DNA of 64,000 bases from an uncultured Eubacteriales bacterium. GTDB taxonomy: Bacteria > Bacillota > Clostridia > Oscillospirales > Acutalibacteraceae. Every line of letters begins with the position of its first letter. The stretch's first letter is position 1. The translations under genes were made by a program, and so were the position numbers. The stretch lies in assembly GCA_964425185.1 (NCBI GenBank), contig CAYRKX010000002.1, forward strand, positions 8,791 to 72,790, given 5' to 3'. Below the pieces are notes generated by a model. The model was not told the origin of the DNA, made no database searches, and saw only the letters and a list, made by a program, of their open reading frames with translations. This document shows positions 26,410 through 36,101 of the stretch, one piece after another.

Positions 26410-27726
26410 ATGGATAAACACAAAATAGACTGGAACGCGCTGCTCAAAAAGATTGACTTAAATGAGATGTTCCGAAAGCTCTATGACAGGAGCGCCTTTG
26501 CTACGGTCCGGGACCGCGGTGGATTTTCCGTCAAAGATATCAGCTTTGAAGATTTTTCGGAGCATGTTGACTTTGAGACTCAGCGTAAAAATGCCAAAGA
26601 GCAGTTCGAGTACATGATCAAAAACTTCTATGGCACGGGAGACCCTGACCACTTCAGTTTTTATGAACTGTTCTACATCTTCGTATTCAGTGCCTTTGCC
26701 GGCAGTATTATCGAAGAGCTGTGGTGCCGGGCCTCGAACGGGTACTGGGAAAACCGCACCTCGGTTGTTTACGGACACTTAAGTTTTGCTGAAGCCATCG
26801 GCGGTGCGTTCATGACCGTCCTGCTCTACAAAGATATGGACGCTCCAGTCACGGAAGTGTTCGCCAAGGCGTTTGTCTGGGGATCCGTTATGGAGTACAT
26901 CATGTCCTGGGGCGAAGAGACATTTACCGGCTACCGTTCATGGGACTACTCTCACCGGCTCTTCAACATTAACGGCCGCATCTGTTTCCTGTACAGCTGC
27001 TTCTGGGGGTTCCTCGGCGTGCTGTGGATCAAGTTATTCTATCCCATTTACAAGGTCATCTTCGAGCGGATTCCGAAGAAGTTCGGAATTCCCATGTTCT
27101 GGGCTCTTCAGGCATTTCTTCTCTATGATATTCTCATCTCCATCATGGCAAAAACCCGCTTTACCTTCCGCCAGGACGGCAGGCCGGCCAAGACCAAGCT
27201 GCAGAAGTACCTGGATCGGAAGTTTCCGGATGAGGTCATTATTGATAAGTACCCCAACTCCATCCGCTCTAAAGACGGTAAAATTGACCGTGACACTCTG
27301 AACCATACTTCCGAGAAGGCAGTTCAGAGCTCTCCCATGAAGGCCAAGCTCAAGGAAATTGACAACGTCCGGGAGAACGGCGGAGATATCCGTGAAGTCA
27401 GTGCGGCATTTATGGATGCCAAGGACGAGTTTAAGGATTACGCCGGAACGACAGTCCGCGACATGACCAGTGAAGTCATGGAAATGGCTACCGGTGCAGT
27501 AAAGGAAAAAACGGACGCCTTTAAAGACGCAACCGCCGGTGTTCGGGAAAAGACGGAAGAAGTTCGAGAAAAAACCGAAGAGGTCCGGGAGAAAACGGAA
27601 GCGGTCCGGAAAGAGGCCAACACTGTCCGGGACTCTCATTTTTCCCGCAAAGAGCGCTGGGAGGCGTTTAAGCGCGCCCTGCGAATCAGCATTTCCATTA
27701 TTCATCCAGGACGGGAACGACACTGA
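26410..27726 (+). CDS. paralogous PF06541-like membrane protein with charged repeat tail
   Basis: 438 aa from ATG 26410; FYELFYIFVFSAFAGSIIEELW...YGHLSFAEAIGG. C-terminal VREKTEE heptads. Confidence 0.5.
   Translation: MDKHKIDWNALLKKIDLNEMFRKLYDRSAFATVRDRGGFSVKDISFEDFSEHVDFETQRKNAKEQFEYMIKNFYGTGDPDHFSFYELFYIFVFSAFAGSIIEELWCRASNGYWENRTSVVYGHLSFAEAIGGAFMTVLLYKDMDAPVTEVFAKAFVWGSVMEYIMSWGEETFTGYRSWDYSHRLFNINGRICFLYSCFWGFLGVLWIKLFYPIYKVIFERIPKKFGIPMFWALQAFLLYDILISIMAKTRFTFRQDGRPAKTKLQKYLDRKFPDEVIIDKYPNSIRSKDGKIDRDTLNHTSEKAVQSSPMKAKLKEIDNVRENGGDIREVSAAFMDAKDEFKDYAGTTVRDMTSEVMEMATGAVKEKTDAFKDATAGVREKTEEVREKTEEVREKTEAVRKEANTVRDSHFSRKERWEAFKRALRISISIIHPGRERH
27541..27612 (+). repeat. in-frame 21-bp tandem repeat (VREKTEE x3.4)
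   Basis: GTTCGGGAAAAGACGGAAGAA / GTTCGAGAAAAAACCGAAGAG / GTCCGGGAGAAAACGGAAGCG / partial fourth copy. Confidence 0.7.
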
Positions 27727-27759
27727 CCCCTCGTTTATAGCAAGAATGCGACATTAGTT

Positions 27760-27787
27760 AGAGCACCATAACTGGTGCTCTTTTTTC
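27760..27787 (+). terminator. intrinsic terminator
   Basis: AGAGCACCA/TGGTGCTCT stem followed by TTTTTT. Confidence 0.7.
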
Positions 27788-27896
27788 GTTGTGATAAACA
27801 TTTTTTAACAAACGTAGGGCGCATTCAGACCATAATATGGTATGATAGGGGATGAAAAACTATGCGGATTTACAAATTTGCTATGAGGAGGAAACT

Positions 27897-28400
27897 ATGG
27901 AACAGGTTAAGACCAAGAGTGATCTCTCAAAGATTCAGCCCGTTCTGGACCACTATAAAGACGTCCCGGGCAGTATGATTACCATTCTGCAACAAACGCA
28001 GGATATCTACGGGTATCTTCCTATGGATGTACTGGAGCTCATCTCCAAGGAGACCGGCACAGCCATTGCCACAATTTTGGGAGTCGCCACGTTCTACGCA
28101 CAGTTCCGGCTGAAACCGGTCGGAAAATACCTGATTATGCTATGTCAGGGCACCGCATGTCATGTCAACGGTTCGGAGCTTATTTCTTCTGCTATTACCG
28201 ACGAGCTAGGCATTCATGATGGTGAGACAACAGAAGACGGACTGTTCACTCTGGAGCACGTTGCATGTCTCGGCTGCTGCTCTCTCTCCCCTGTCATGAT
28301 GATCAACGGGAAGGTTTACAGCACACTCACCCCGGACAAGGCAAAACAGGTTCTCCGTAAACTCAAAAAGGAAGCTGAGGAAGGAGGAGCTGAAGCATGA
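27897..28400 (+). CDS. NuoE/HydC-like [2Fe-2S] subunit of a NuoEF-type (Bfu) oxidoreductase
   Basis: 167 aa from ATG 27897 (GAGGAGGA SD); CQGTACH...CLGCCSLSP cluster motif. Confidence 0.85.
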   Translation: MEQVKTKSDLSKIQPVLDHYKDVPGSMITILQQTQDIYGYLPMDVLELISKETGTAIATILGVATFYAQFRLKPVGKYLIMLCQGTACHVNGSELISSAITDELGIHDGETTEDGLFTLEHVACLGCCSLSPVMMINGKVYSTLTPDKAKQVLRKLKKEAEEGGAEA

Positions 28401-30157
28401 AACTGCTTGTTGGTGAAGGCAGCTGCGGTCTTGCAGCCGGTGCCGGTGCAGTTTATGCCCGGCTGGCCAAACTTCTCGAAGAGAATAACCCCAACCACGT
28501 CGAGCTCGGCATTACCGGATGTATTGGCATGTGTTTCCTCGAGCCTATCGTAGACCTCTACGATGACGACGGCGAAGTCCACCGTCTGGTCAAGCTGAAA
28601 GAAAAAGACGCGGACACCATCTATGATGCGGTATGTTCCAAGGACTTCTCTCTTCTGGACCGCATCCATATTTCTGATGAAGATGCAGAATTTTTAAGCA
28701 AACAGACCCGTATTGCTCTTCGTGACTGCGGTCTGATTGACCCATGTAATATTGATGACTACATCGCCCGGGACGGGTATGCAGCCATTGGCAAAATTTT
28801 GAAAGAGGGATGGACCCAGGAAGAGGTCATCCAGCAGATTGACATTGCCGGACTCCGCGGACGCGGCGGCGCCGGGTTCCCAACGGCTTTCAAGTGGCGT
28901 GCCGCGAGGGACGCTGAGGGCGACGAGAAATACCTCATCTGTAACGCCGATGAGGGCGATCCCGGTGCATTTATGGACCGGGCCGTTATTGAGTCCGACC
29001 CGCACAACCTCATTGAGGGTATGCTCATTGGTGCGTACAGCATTGGCGCCAAGACCGGTATCGTCTATGTCCGTGCTGAATACCCGCTGGCTATTGTCCG
29101 GCTGAAACAGGCCATTAAGGACGCAGAAGCCAGAGGATTCCTCGGGGACAACATCATGGGATCCAACTTCTCCTGCCACATTATTATCAAGCAGGGCGCC
29201 GGAGCATTCGTCTGCGGCGAGGAGACCGCATTAATTGAGTCCCTTCAGGGAAGCCGCGGCATGCCCCGATTGAAGCCTCCGTTCCCGGCACAGGCCGGTT
29301 ACTGGTATAAGCCGTCCAACATCAACAATGTTGAGACCTATGCCAACGTAGCCTGGATTATTAACCACGGCGGCGAGGCCTTTGCTGCTATGGGCACCAA
29401 AGATTCCAAAGGCACGAAAGTATTTGCGGTCACCGGTAAGATTAAACGCGGCGGTCTCATTGAGATTCCCATGGGTAAAACTCTCCGCGATGTCATTTTT
29501 GACATTGGAGGCGGAATCCGCGACGGCAAGAAATTCAAAGCTGTCCAGATGGGCGGTCCTTCCGGTGGATGTGTTCCGGAGTCCAAACTCGATACAGTCA
29601 TTGACTATAAGGCTCTCCAGGCCACCGGTGCCATAATGGGATCCGGCGGAATGGTTGTCATGGACGAATCCACCTGTATGGTCGGTATGGCGAAGTTCTT
29701 CCTGGACTTCACAGCAAAAGAGAGCTGCGGCAAATGTGTACCATGTCGACTGGGTACCAAACGCATGCAGGAAATCCTCGGCCGCATTGTTGACGGTAAG
29801 GGCGAACCCGGCGATATTGAGAAGCTCGAAGACCTCTGCTACGCCATCAAAGATGGCGCACTCTGCGGCCTTGGGCAGACAGCTCCCAACCCGGTTCTCA
29901 CCACAATCCGGTACTTCCGGGATGAATTTGAAGCCCACATTAACGACAAGTCATGTCCAGCCGGAGAGTGCCGTGAGCTTATTACCTATTACATTGACAA
30001 AGATGCATGCCGCGGATGTACTGCCTGCGCCCGGAAATGTCCTGTCGAGGCCATTTCCGGTACGCCCAAGCATCCGTACAGCATTGATACTGACGCCTGT
30101 ATTAAGTGCGGCAACTGCCGCCAGACCTGCCGCTTCGGTGCGGTACGCGTACACTGA
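28397..30157 (+). CDS. NuoF/HydB-like NADH-binding FMN/Fe-S subunit
   Basis: 586 aa; N-terminal thioredoxin-like 2Fe-2S domain, GRGGAGFPT, ESCGKCVPCRLG, and C-terminal 2x[4Fe-4S] (CRGCTACARKCP, CIKCGNCRQTC). ATGA overlap with the upstream gene. Confidence 0.9.
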   Translation: MKLLVGEGSCGLAAGAGAVYARLAKLLEENNPNHVELGITGCIGMCFLEPIVDLYDDDGEVHRLVKLKEKDADTIYDAVCSKDFSLLDRIHISDEDAEFLSKQTRIALRDCGLIDPCNIDDYIARDGYAAIGKILKEGWTQEEVIQQIDIAGLRGRGGAGFPTAFKWRAARDAEGDEKYLICNADEGDPGAFMDRAVIESDPHNLIEGMLIGAYSIGAKTGIVYVRAEYPLAIVRLKQAIKDAEARGFLGDNIMGSNFSCHIIIKQGAGAFVCGEETALIESLQGSRGMPRLKPPFPAQAGYWYKPSNINNVETYANVAWIINHGGEAFAAMGTKDSKGTKVFAVTGKIKRGGLIEIPMGKTLRDVIFDIGGGIRDGKKFKAVQMGGPSGGCVPESKLDTVIDYKALQATGAIMGSGGMVVMDESTCMVGMAKFFLDFTAKESCGKCVPCRLGTKRMQEILGRIVDGKGEPGDIEKLEDLCYAIKDGALCGLGQTAPNPVLTTIRYFRDEFEAHINDKSCPAGECRELITYYIDKDACRGCTACARKCPVEAISGTPKHPYSIDTDACIKCGNCRQTCRFGAVRVH

Positions 30158-30172
30158 GGAAGGAGAGAACTT

Positions 30173-32242
30173 ATGTCGATTAAATACACACTGGATGGCG
30201 TAGAAGTTACCGCCGAGCCGGGTGAAACTATTCTCTCCTCGGCTACACGGGCAGGAATTGATATTCCCACCCTCTGCTACAGCAGTGAAACCAGAATTTA
30301 CGGTGCCTGCGGCGTCTGCGTTGTAGAGGTAGAGGGTGTTCCGAAGCTTCTCCGTGCATGTTCCGCAAAGCCAATGGACGGCTATGTAGTCCACACCGAC
30401 ACTGAACGTGTTATTCGTGCCAGAAAGACCGCCTTTGAGCTTATCTTTTCAGACCACACCGGCGACTGCCGCGGTCCATGTAAGCTCAACTGCCCGGCCA
30501 TGACCGACTGTCAGAAATACGTTAAGGAAATTGCCCAGGGCAACTATAAAGAAGCGGTCAACACCATTTATGAGGCCTTTCCTCTCCCCGCTTCTATTGG
30601 ACGGGTATGTCCACACCCTTGCGAGGACGCCTGCCGTCGTCAGCTGGTAGAAGAGCCGCTGAGCATTGCCTTCCTGAAAATGTTTGCCGGCGATAAAGTG
30701 CTTGCAAGCGATGACAAGTATGTTGTTCCCGTTGAGCCAGATACCGGAAAGAAAGTTGCCATCGTCGGCGGCGGTCCTGCCGGTCTCACCGCAGCTTATT
30801 TCCTTCGCCGCTACGGCCACGACGTCACCATTTTTGACCAGATGCCGAAGATGGGCGGCATGCTCCGCTATGGCATTCCTGAGTACCGTCTTCCCAAAGC
30901 AGTTTTACAGCAGGAAATTGACATCATCGCCGATGCCGGCGTGAAGATGAAGAACAACATGGAACTCGGCAAGGATATTCAGTTTGAAAATCTCCAGCAA
31001 GACTACGACGCTGTCCTGCTCTGTATAGGGGCCTGGAAGTCCATGCCCATGCGCGTTCCCGGTGAAGACCTGGACGGTGTAGAAGGCGGTATATACTTCC
31101 TTGAGAAGCTCGGAACCGGAGAGATTGGTCTCAATGAAAAACCGTTTGCCGGCAAGAACGTTGCAGTCTGCGGCGGCGGTAACACAGCTATGGACTGCTG
31201 CCGTACCGCCATTCGTCTTGGTGCTGAAAATGTCTATGTCTGCTACCGCAGAACCCGAAACGAAATGCCGGCAGCCGACATTGAAATTGAAGAGGCCATT
31301 GAAGAGGGCGTACAGTTTAAATTCCTCTCCAACCCGTCTGAGTTCTACGGAAAAAACGGCCATGTTACCGGTATGAAGCTCCAGATGATGGAGCTCGGTG
31401 AGCCGGATGCCTCCGGACGCCGTCGTCCGGTTCCCATTGAGGGCAAAGTTGAGGACTATCCCATTGATGTGGTTCTCATGGCCATCGGCCAGGGTCCGGA
31501 CACCAAGGGAATTTCCGGCCTGGAACTTCAGGAGCGGAAGAAGACCATTCTCGTCGACGAGATGACTTTCCGTACCAACATTGATAATGTATTTGCCGCC
31601 GGTGATGTCACCAACCGCGGTGCCGGAATTGCTATTCAGGCTATCGGCGAAGCGCAGAAAGCGGCTTTCTGTATTAACAACTACCTGGAAGGCGACGAAG
31701 TCCGCTGCAAGATTCCGTATTTCGTGAAGACCGAAAAAACTGCGGAAGACTTTGCCGACCGGCCGAAAGAGTCCCGTACTTCCATGCCGACCCTTTCTCC
31801 GGAAGAGCGCAGGGACAACTTCAAGCCGGTTTACACCGGATTTACTGAGGAACAGGCCAAACGCGAAGCCGAGCGCTGCCTCGAGTGCGGATGCCACGAC
31901 TACTATGACTGCCGTCTTATTAAATACGGTAACTGGTATGATGTCCATCCGGAGAAATTCCCTGGCGAAGTTCACCACCGTCCGCTCAAGAAGGTCACCA
32001 ATGTCATTACCCACAACCCGGACAAATGCATTCTCTGCGGGCTCTGCTACCGCACCTGCTCTGAGGTCGTCGGCAAGACATTTATCGGCCTGTACAATCG
32101 CGGATTTGCCACCGAAATCAACCCCATGGTTCCGGCTGACGAGGCCGCATCCTTCTGCTCGAACTGCCTGCAGTGCGTAGCCAACTGCCCGACCGGCGCC
32201 ATGAAGAGCGAAATTCCAGTTAAGAGAGTCGTACATAAATAA
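30173..32242 (+). CDS. fusion of NuoG/HydA-type N-terminal [2Fe-2S] domain with GltD/NfnB-like NADPH:FAD oxidoreductase and extra Fe-S domains (StnC-like)
   Basis: 689 aa; CYSSETRIYGACGVC, then GDCRGPCKLNCP and VCPHPCEDAC, VAIVGGGPAGL (FAD), VAVCGGGNTAMDC (NADPH), and C-terminal CLECGCHDYYDC, CILCGLCYRTC, CSNCLQCVANCP. No H-cluster or molybdopterin motifs seen. Confidence 0.8.
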   Translation: MSIKYTLDGVEVTAEPGETILSSATRAGIDIPTLCYSSETRIYGACGVCVVEVEGVPKLLRACSAKPMDGYVVHTDTERVIRARKTAFELIFSDHTGDCRGPCKLNCPAMTDCQKYVKEIAQGNYKEAVNTIYEAFPLPASIGRVCPHPCEDACRRQLVEEPLSIAFLKMFAGDKVLASDDKYVVPVEPDTGKKVAIVGGGPAGLTAAYFLRRYGHDVTIFDQMPKMGGMLRYGIPEYRLPKAVLQQEIDIIADAGVKMKNNMELGKDIQFENLQQDYDAVLLCIGAWKSMPMRVPGEDLDGVEGGIYFLEKLGTGEIGLNEKPFAGKNVAVCGGGNTAMDCCRTAIRLGAENVYVCYRRTRNEMPAADIEIEEAIEEGVQFKFLSNPSEFYGKNGHVTGMKLQMMELGEPDASGRRRPVPIEGKVEDYPIDVVLMAIGQGPDTKGISGLELQERKKTILVDEMTFRTNIDNVFAAGDVTNRGAGIAIQAIGEAQKAAFCINNYLEGDEVRCKIPYFVKTEKTAEDFADRPKESRTSMPTLSPEERRDNFKPVYTGFTEEQAKREAERCLECGCHDYYDCRLIKYGNWYDVHPEKFPGEVHHRPLKKVTNVITHNPDKCILCGLCYRTCSEVVGKTFIGLYNRGFATEINPMVPADEAASFCSNCLQCVANCPTGAMKSEIPVKRVVHK

Positions 32243-32295
32243 CCTGCCGACCGCGCCGCAAGCTCGGTTCGACTGAAAACTAAAGACCCAATCAG

Positions 32296-32335
32296 AGGCC
32301 GTCGCGGGCGTTACGCCTGCGGCGGCCTTTTCTTC
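32296..32335 (+). terminator. intrinsic terminator
   Basis: AGGCCGTCGC/GCGGCGGCCT stem followed by TTTTCTT. Confidence 0.6.
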
Positions 32336-32410
32336 AAGACAGGAAGAAGGACCGCACCACTCTGTGGCACGGCCCTTCTCCCAACTGTTTTTGTGAGCAT
32401 TAAAACTCTT

Positions 32411-32644
32411 TTATTGGAAGTCCTTGTCCTGAGGGATCAAGGACGGATCCACCTGAAAGGTTCCATCATAAAGTTTTGCAAGAAAGAACAGCGCTTTCGC
32501 CTTGTCCACTTCTCCACGCCGGTAATAGTACTGGCCCATGCGGTTGTACAGGGCCGCGTTCTGCACTGCGTCATAGTACAGCGGAGACTGGTAAGCGGTC
32601 AGTGTCTGGCTTTGCGCCGTCTGCAGATTCATGTTCATTGCCAT
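32411..32644 (-). CDS. small hypothetical protein (77 aa)
   Basis: AGGAGG 9 nt before ATG 32644: MAMNMNLQTAQSQ...YYYRRGEVDKAKALFFLAKLY (single TPR-like helix pair). Confidence 0.35.
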   Translation of the reverse strand: MAMNMNLQTAQSQTLTAYQSPLYYDAVQNAALYNRMGQYYYRRGEVDKAKALFFLAKLYDGTFQVDPSLIPQDKDFQ

Positions 32645-32803
32645 ATTCGGATACCTCCTCTGGACCAATATCCTCTCGGCAATTTTTAGTATAGAGACAC
32701 TTTGTATAATAATTATGAACGCCGCTTTAATGGAATAAAAAAATCTGCATCGCCCGAGATGGACGATGCAGAATGAATTCTTATTGTTTTGGCGATGCAG
32801 AGA

Positions 32804-34663
32804 TTATTTGTCCGAAGCAGCTGCTCCTGCCGGCATCTTAGCCACTTCCTGCTCCTGCTTCTTATACTCAGACGTAGCATATGAGGAGTTGCCAATGGAG
32901 TACTCGTGGCGGAAATCGCCGTACTGCTCCATGAAGTTTCCGTCATCAGACTTCTTGAGATTGGTGAGATACTCATGGTGGTCAAACTCTTCGGACTCGC
33001 CCTCAATAATGGCAACAGCAATGTTGGAACAGTGGTCGCCAATCCGTTCGAGGTTGGTGAGAAGGTCGGTCAGAATGAAGCCGATTTCCACAGTAGCATT
33101 TCCGGACTGGAGGCGTTTAACCTGACGACTCTTAATTTCGGTAATCATGCCGTCAATAACCTCTTCCAGAGGCTCAATGGTCTTGGCAAGCTTGACATCG
33201 TTCTGGTCAAAGGCCTTGTCGGTACGGTCCAGAATGTCTTCCACAGCCTCGTACAGAACTTCCAGTTCGCGGATGGTGCCGTGGGAGAACTGAATGTCCT
33301 TGTTAGACTTGTCCCGGGCAATTTCCGTGAGGTTCTCAGCGTGGTCTGCGAGACGCTCAAAGTCCGGAATGGTGTGGAGCATTTTGTAGACTTTCTTAAT
33401 GTCCTTGTCGGTCAGATCTTCCTTGGAGATCTTGACGATAAAGGTCTGCAGCTCATCCTGGAGATGGTCAGTTCTGTCCTCTAATTTCAGGACGCCTTCA
33501 ACCGACTTTTCAGAAAAGTCTGCCGTGTTATTGTCCGCTACAATGGCAATAGCTTTTTCACATGCCTCTTTGGCAATGTCAGCCATACCCTTGGTGACTT
33601 CATAGGACTTATTGACAGCGAACGATGGGATTGTCAGCAGGTTCTCGTCCAGGAGAACGGTGCCCTTATGTTTGCCATGTTTACGGTCACGGACGATGAA
33701 GGATGCCAGCTTGCAGAGCTGATTAGTAAACGGCAGCATAATAAGTGTGCCGGCTACGTTGAATGTCGTATGGATAATGGCGATAGTAACCGGAGTTACC
33801 AGGTCATTGGAGAACGCACCAATAGCCGGAACAGCGTGCTTCAAGATAAGCCAGATGCTCAGGAACAGGATGGTGCAGATGGTGTTAAAGGAAACATGGA
33901 CTGCTGCAACACGTTTTGCGTTCTTGCTGGTGCCGATGGAGGCAATGACCGCGGCAACGCAGGAACCGATGTTCAGGCCCATGATGACCGGAATGGTCGT
34001 CCCATAAGTTAAAAGACCGGTAAGAGACATGGCCTGCAGAATACCAGATACGGCAGAAGAGGACTGAAGCAGAGCTGTGAAAACCAGTCCGAAAATAACT
34101 GCGAGAATAGGGTTCTTCAGTCCGACCAGCATAGTGCGGAATGCAGGAACCTCACCGATGGGCTTCATAGCATCCGACATGGTTGTCATTCCGGACATGA
34201 GGATGGCAAATCCAAGTAAGATTGTCGCGATATCGCGCCGTTTCTGCTTCTTCGAGGCCATCAGAATGATGACACAGATAATGGCAATGACCGGAGCAAA
34301 GTTTTCCGGTTTCAGCATGGCGACAAACGGGTTGTTGCTGCTGATACCTGCCAGAGATAAAATCCAGGCCGTGATAGTCGTACCGATGTTGGAACCGAGG
34401 AGCGTGGGGACCGCGGCCTCCAAAGTCATAATTCCCGAGTTGACCAGTCCGACGAGCATAACAGTCATGGCACCGGAGGACTGGATGACGGCGGTAATTC
34501 CCGCACCCAGGGCAACTCCCTTAAACTTGTTCGATGTAAGCTTGCGGAGGGTTTTCTCCATCTTGCCACCGGCAAGTTTTTCCATGCTTGCGGACATGAC
34601 ATTCATTCCGTAAAGGAAGAAGGCCAGACCGCCAAGCAGGGCAATCCAGTTGGTATAATGCAT
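32804..34663 (-). CDS. Na+/phosphate cotransporter family protein with PhoU-like domains
   Basis: 619 aa; GGLAFFLYGMNVMS...QSSGAMTVML Na/Pi-II repeats, then a C-terminal PhoU-like helical region. Confidence 0.85.
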   Translation of the reverse strand: MHYTNWIALLGGLAFFLYGMNVMSASMEKLAGGKMEKTLRKLTSNKFKGVALGAGITAVIQSSGAMTVMLVGLVNSGIMTLEAAVPTLLGSNIGTTITAWILSLAGISSNNPFVAMLKPENFAPVIAIICVIILMASKKQKRRDIATILLGFAILMSGMTTMSDAMKPIGEVPAFRTMLVGLKNPILAVIFGLVFTALLQSSSAVSGILQAMSLTGLLTYGTTIPVIMGLNIGSCVAAVIASIGTSKNAKRVAAVHVSFNTICTILFLSIWLILKHAVPAIGAFSNDLVTPVTIAIIHTTFNVAGTLIMLPFTNQLCKLASFIVRDRKHGKHKGTVLLDENLLTIPSFAVNKSYEVTKGMADIAKEACEKAIAIVADNNTADFSEKSVEGVLKLEDRTDHLQDELQTFIVKISKEDLTDKDIKKVYKMLHTIPDFERLADHAENLTEIARDKSNKDIQFSHGTIRELEVLYEAVEDILDRTDKAFDQNDVKLAKTIEPLEEVIDGMITEIKSRQVKRLQSGNATVEIGFILTDLLTNLERIGDHCSNIAVAIIEGESEEFDHHEYLTNLKKSDDGNFMEQYGDFRHEYSIGNSSYATSEYKKQEQEVAKMPAGAAASDK

Positions 34664-34745
34664 AAATCTCTTCCAATCTCAGTAGTCTTCTTTAATTGTG
34701 AACAGCAAATCTATTATAAGCTATGGCAAGGCAGGCACACAATAG

Positions 34746-36101
34746 TCAAAACAAAATTCGAAATGTAGAGCCCTTGCCCTCGATACTCTCCACACTGAGC
34801 TCCGCTCCCATGTAGCGGGCGCCATGTTTGACAATGGAAAGTCCCAGTCCTGTGCCGCCCAGAGCCTTCGAGTGGCTCTTGTCGACACGGTAAAACCGCT
34901 CAAACACATGCGGCAGGTCTTCCACAGGAATTCCAATGCCGGTATCCTTCACGGACACCTCTACCCCGTCGACATACTGCCGGATTTTCACGAAGACGCT
35001 GCCGTCCTCACGGTTGTATTTAATGGCATTGTCGCACAGGTTGAAGATCATCTCTTCTGCGATCTGTGCCACACCATGAATAACTGCATGGTCTCCTGTC
35101 AGGTTCAGGGTAACGTGCTTCTTATCCGCTGCGTGCTGCAGATGAGACAGCACAGACTGGCAGGTCTCCCACAGATCAATCTCTTCCTTTACGACCGCAA
35201 CTTCGTCCTCGTCCATCTGAGACAGCTTAATGATGTCCCCGACCAGGGTGATGAGCCGCTGGGACTCCTTGTGGATAATTCCGCCAAACCGCGGCGCGTC
35301 TTCCGGTCTGGCAATTCCCGTCTCAATGAGCTCCGCATACCCCGAAATGGAAGTCAGGGGCGTCTTCAGCTCATGGGAGACGTTGGCAGTAAACTGCTCT
35401 CTCATTTTATCCTGTTCGTCGTGACGCTGCTCGAGCTCCTGCATATTCCGGGCGATTCTCCGGTTCTGCTCATCGAGCCGTTCCGTAAGCGGTCGTAACT
35501 CTCCGTAGACATCTGTCTCCACCGGATTGGTCAGATCAATTTCATTGATAGGCCGTGTCACCTGCCGGGAAATGCGTCTGGCCAGCAGAAGGGCCAGGAC
35601 AATTGCCACAACAGCGACCAGAATCAGCGGCAGCGCGGAAGTCCGAAATGCCGCAAAAATATTGTACCGGTTGCCCGACAGCCGCAGCACCGTTCCATCG
35701 TTCAGCCGAACCGCTGCATACATGCTGCGCTCCGACATGGTCTCTGACTTTCGTTCAGAGAACCCCCGTCCCTCTTTCAGGGCCATCTGTACTTCCGGGC
35801 GGTTTTTGTGGTTTCCCAGCCGGCTGCTGTCGTTCCGGTTATCGTACAGAACCGTTCCGTTCCTGTCAATGATCGTCACGCGGCGGTCTGTGGGATACCG
35901 CTGCATCGCCCGCCAGCCTCCATTATCATTGCAGAACTTAGCAAGAATTGTGAGTTCACTCTGCAGGGCGTCTTCATAGCTGTTTGCATACTGCCGGTAC
36001 AGAACTCCGACCTCAAGACCGGATGTGACAATTAACACCAGAAGTGAGGCGAGCAGAATGTACCGGAACACACTGCGCCGCAGCGATTTAGTCTTCTTCA
36101 T
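34746..36101 (-). CDS. phoR: sensor histidine kinase, PhoR-like
   Basis: 451 aa; two TM segments, HELKTPLTSISGYAELI H-box, G-box GTGLGLSIVK. Context with an OmpR-type regulator and a Pi transporter. Confidence 0.75.
   Translation of the reverse strand: MKKTKSLRRSVFRYILLASLLVLIVTSGLEVGVLYRQYANSYEDALQSELTILAKFCNDNGGWRAMQRYPTDRRVTIIDRNGTVLYDNRNDSSRLGNHKNRPEVQMALKEGRGFSERKSETMSERSMYAAVRLNDGTVLRLSGNRYNIFAAFRTSALPLILVAVVAIVLALLLARRISRQVTRPINEIDLTNPVETDVYGELRPLTERLDEQNRRIARNMQELEQRHDEQDKMREQFTANVSHELKTPLTSISGYAELIETGIARPEDAPRFGGIIHKESQRLITLVGDIIKLSQMDEDEVAVVKEEIDLWETCQSVLSHLQHAADKKHVTLNLTGDHAVIHGVAQIAEEMIFNLCDNAIKYNREDGSVFVKIRQYVDGVEVSVKDTGIGIPVEDLPHVFERFYRVDKSHSKALGGTGLGLSIVKHGARYMGAELSVESIEGKGSTFRILF

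Noticed and set aside
27789-27811. Rex-operator-like sequence TTGTGATAAACATTTTTTAACAA upstream of the NuoEF-type operon.
   Set aside because: Half-sites resembling TTGTGA/TAACAA are present, but the spacing is about 5 nt longer than the 18-20-nt Rex consensus I recall, and the palindrome is weak. I did not call it.
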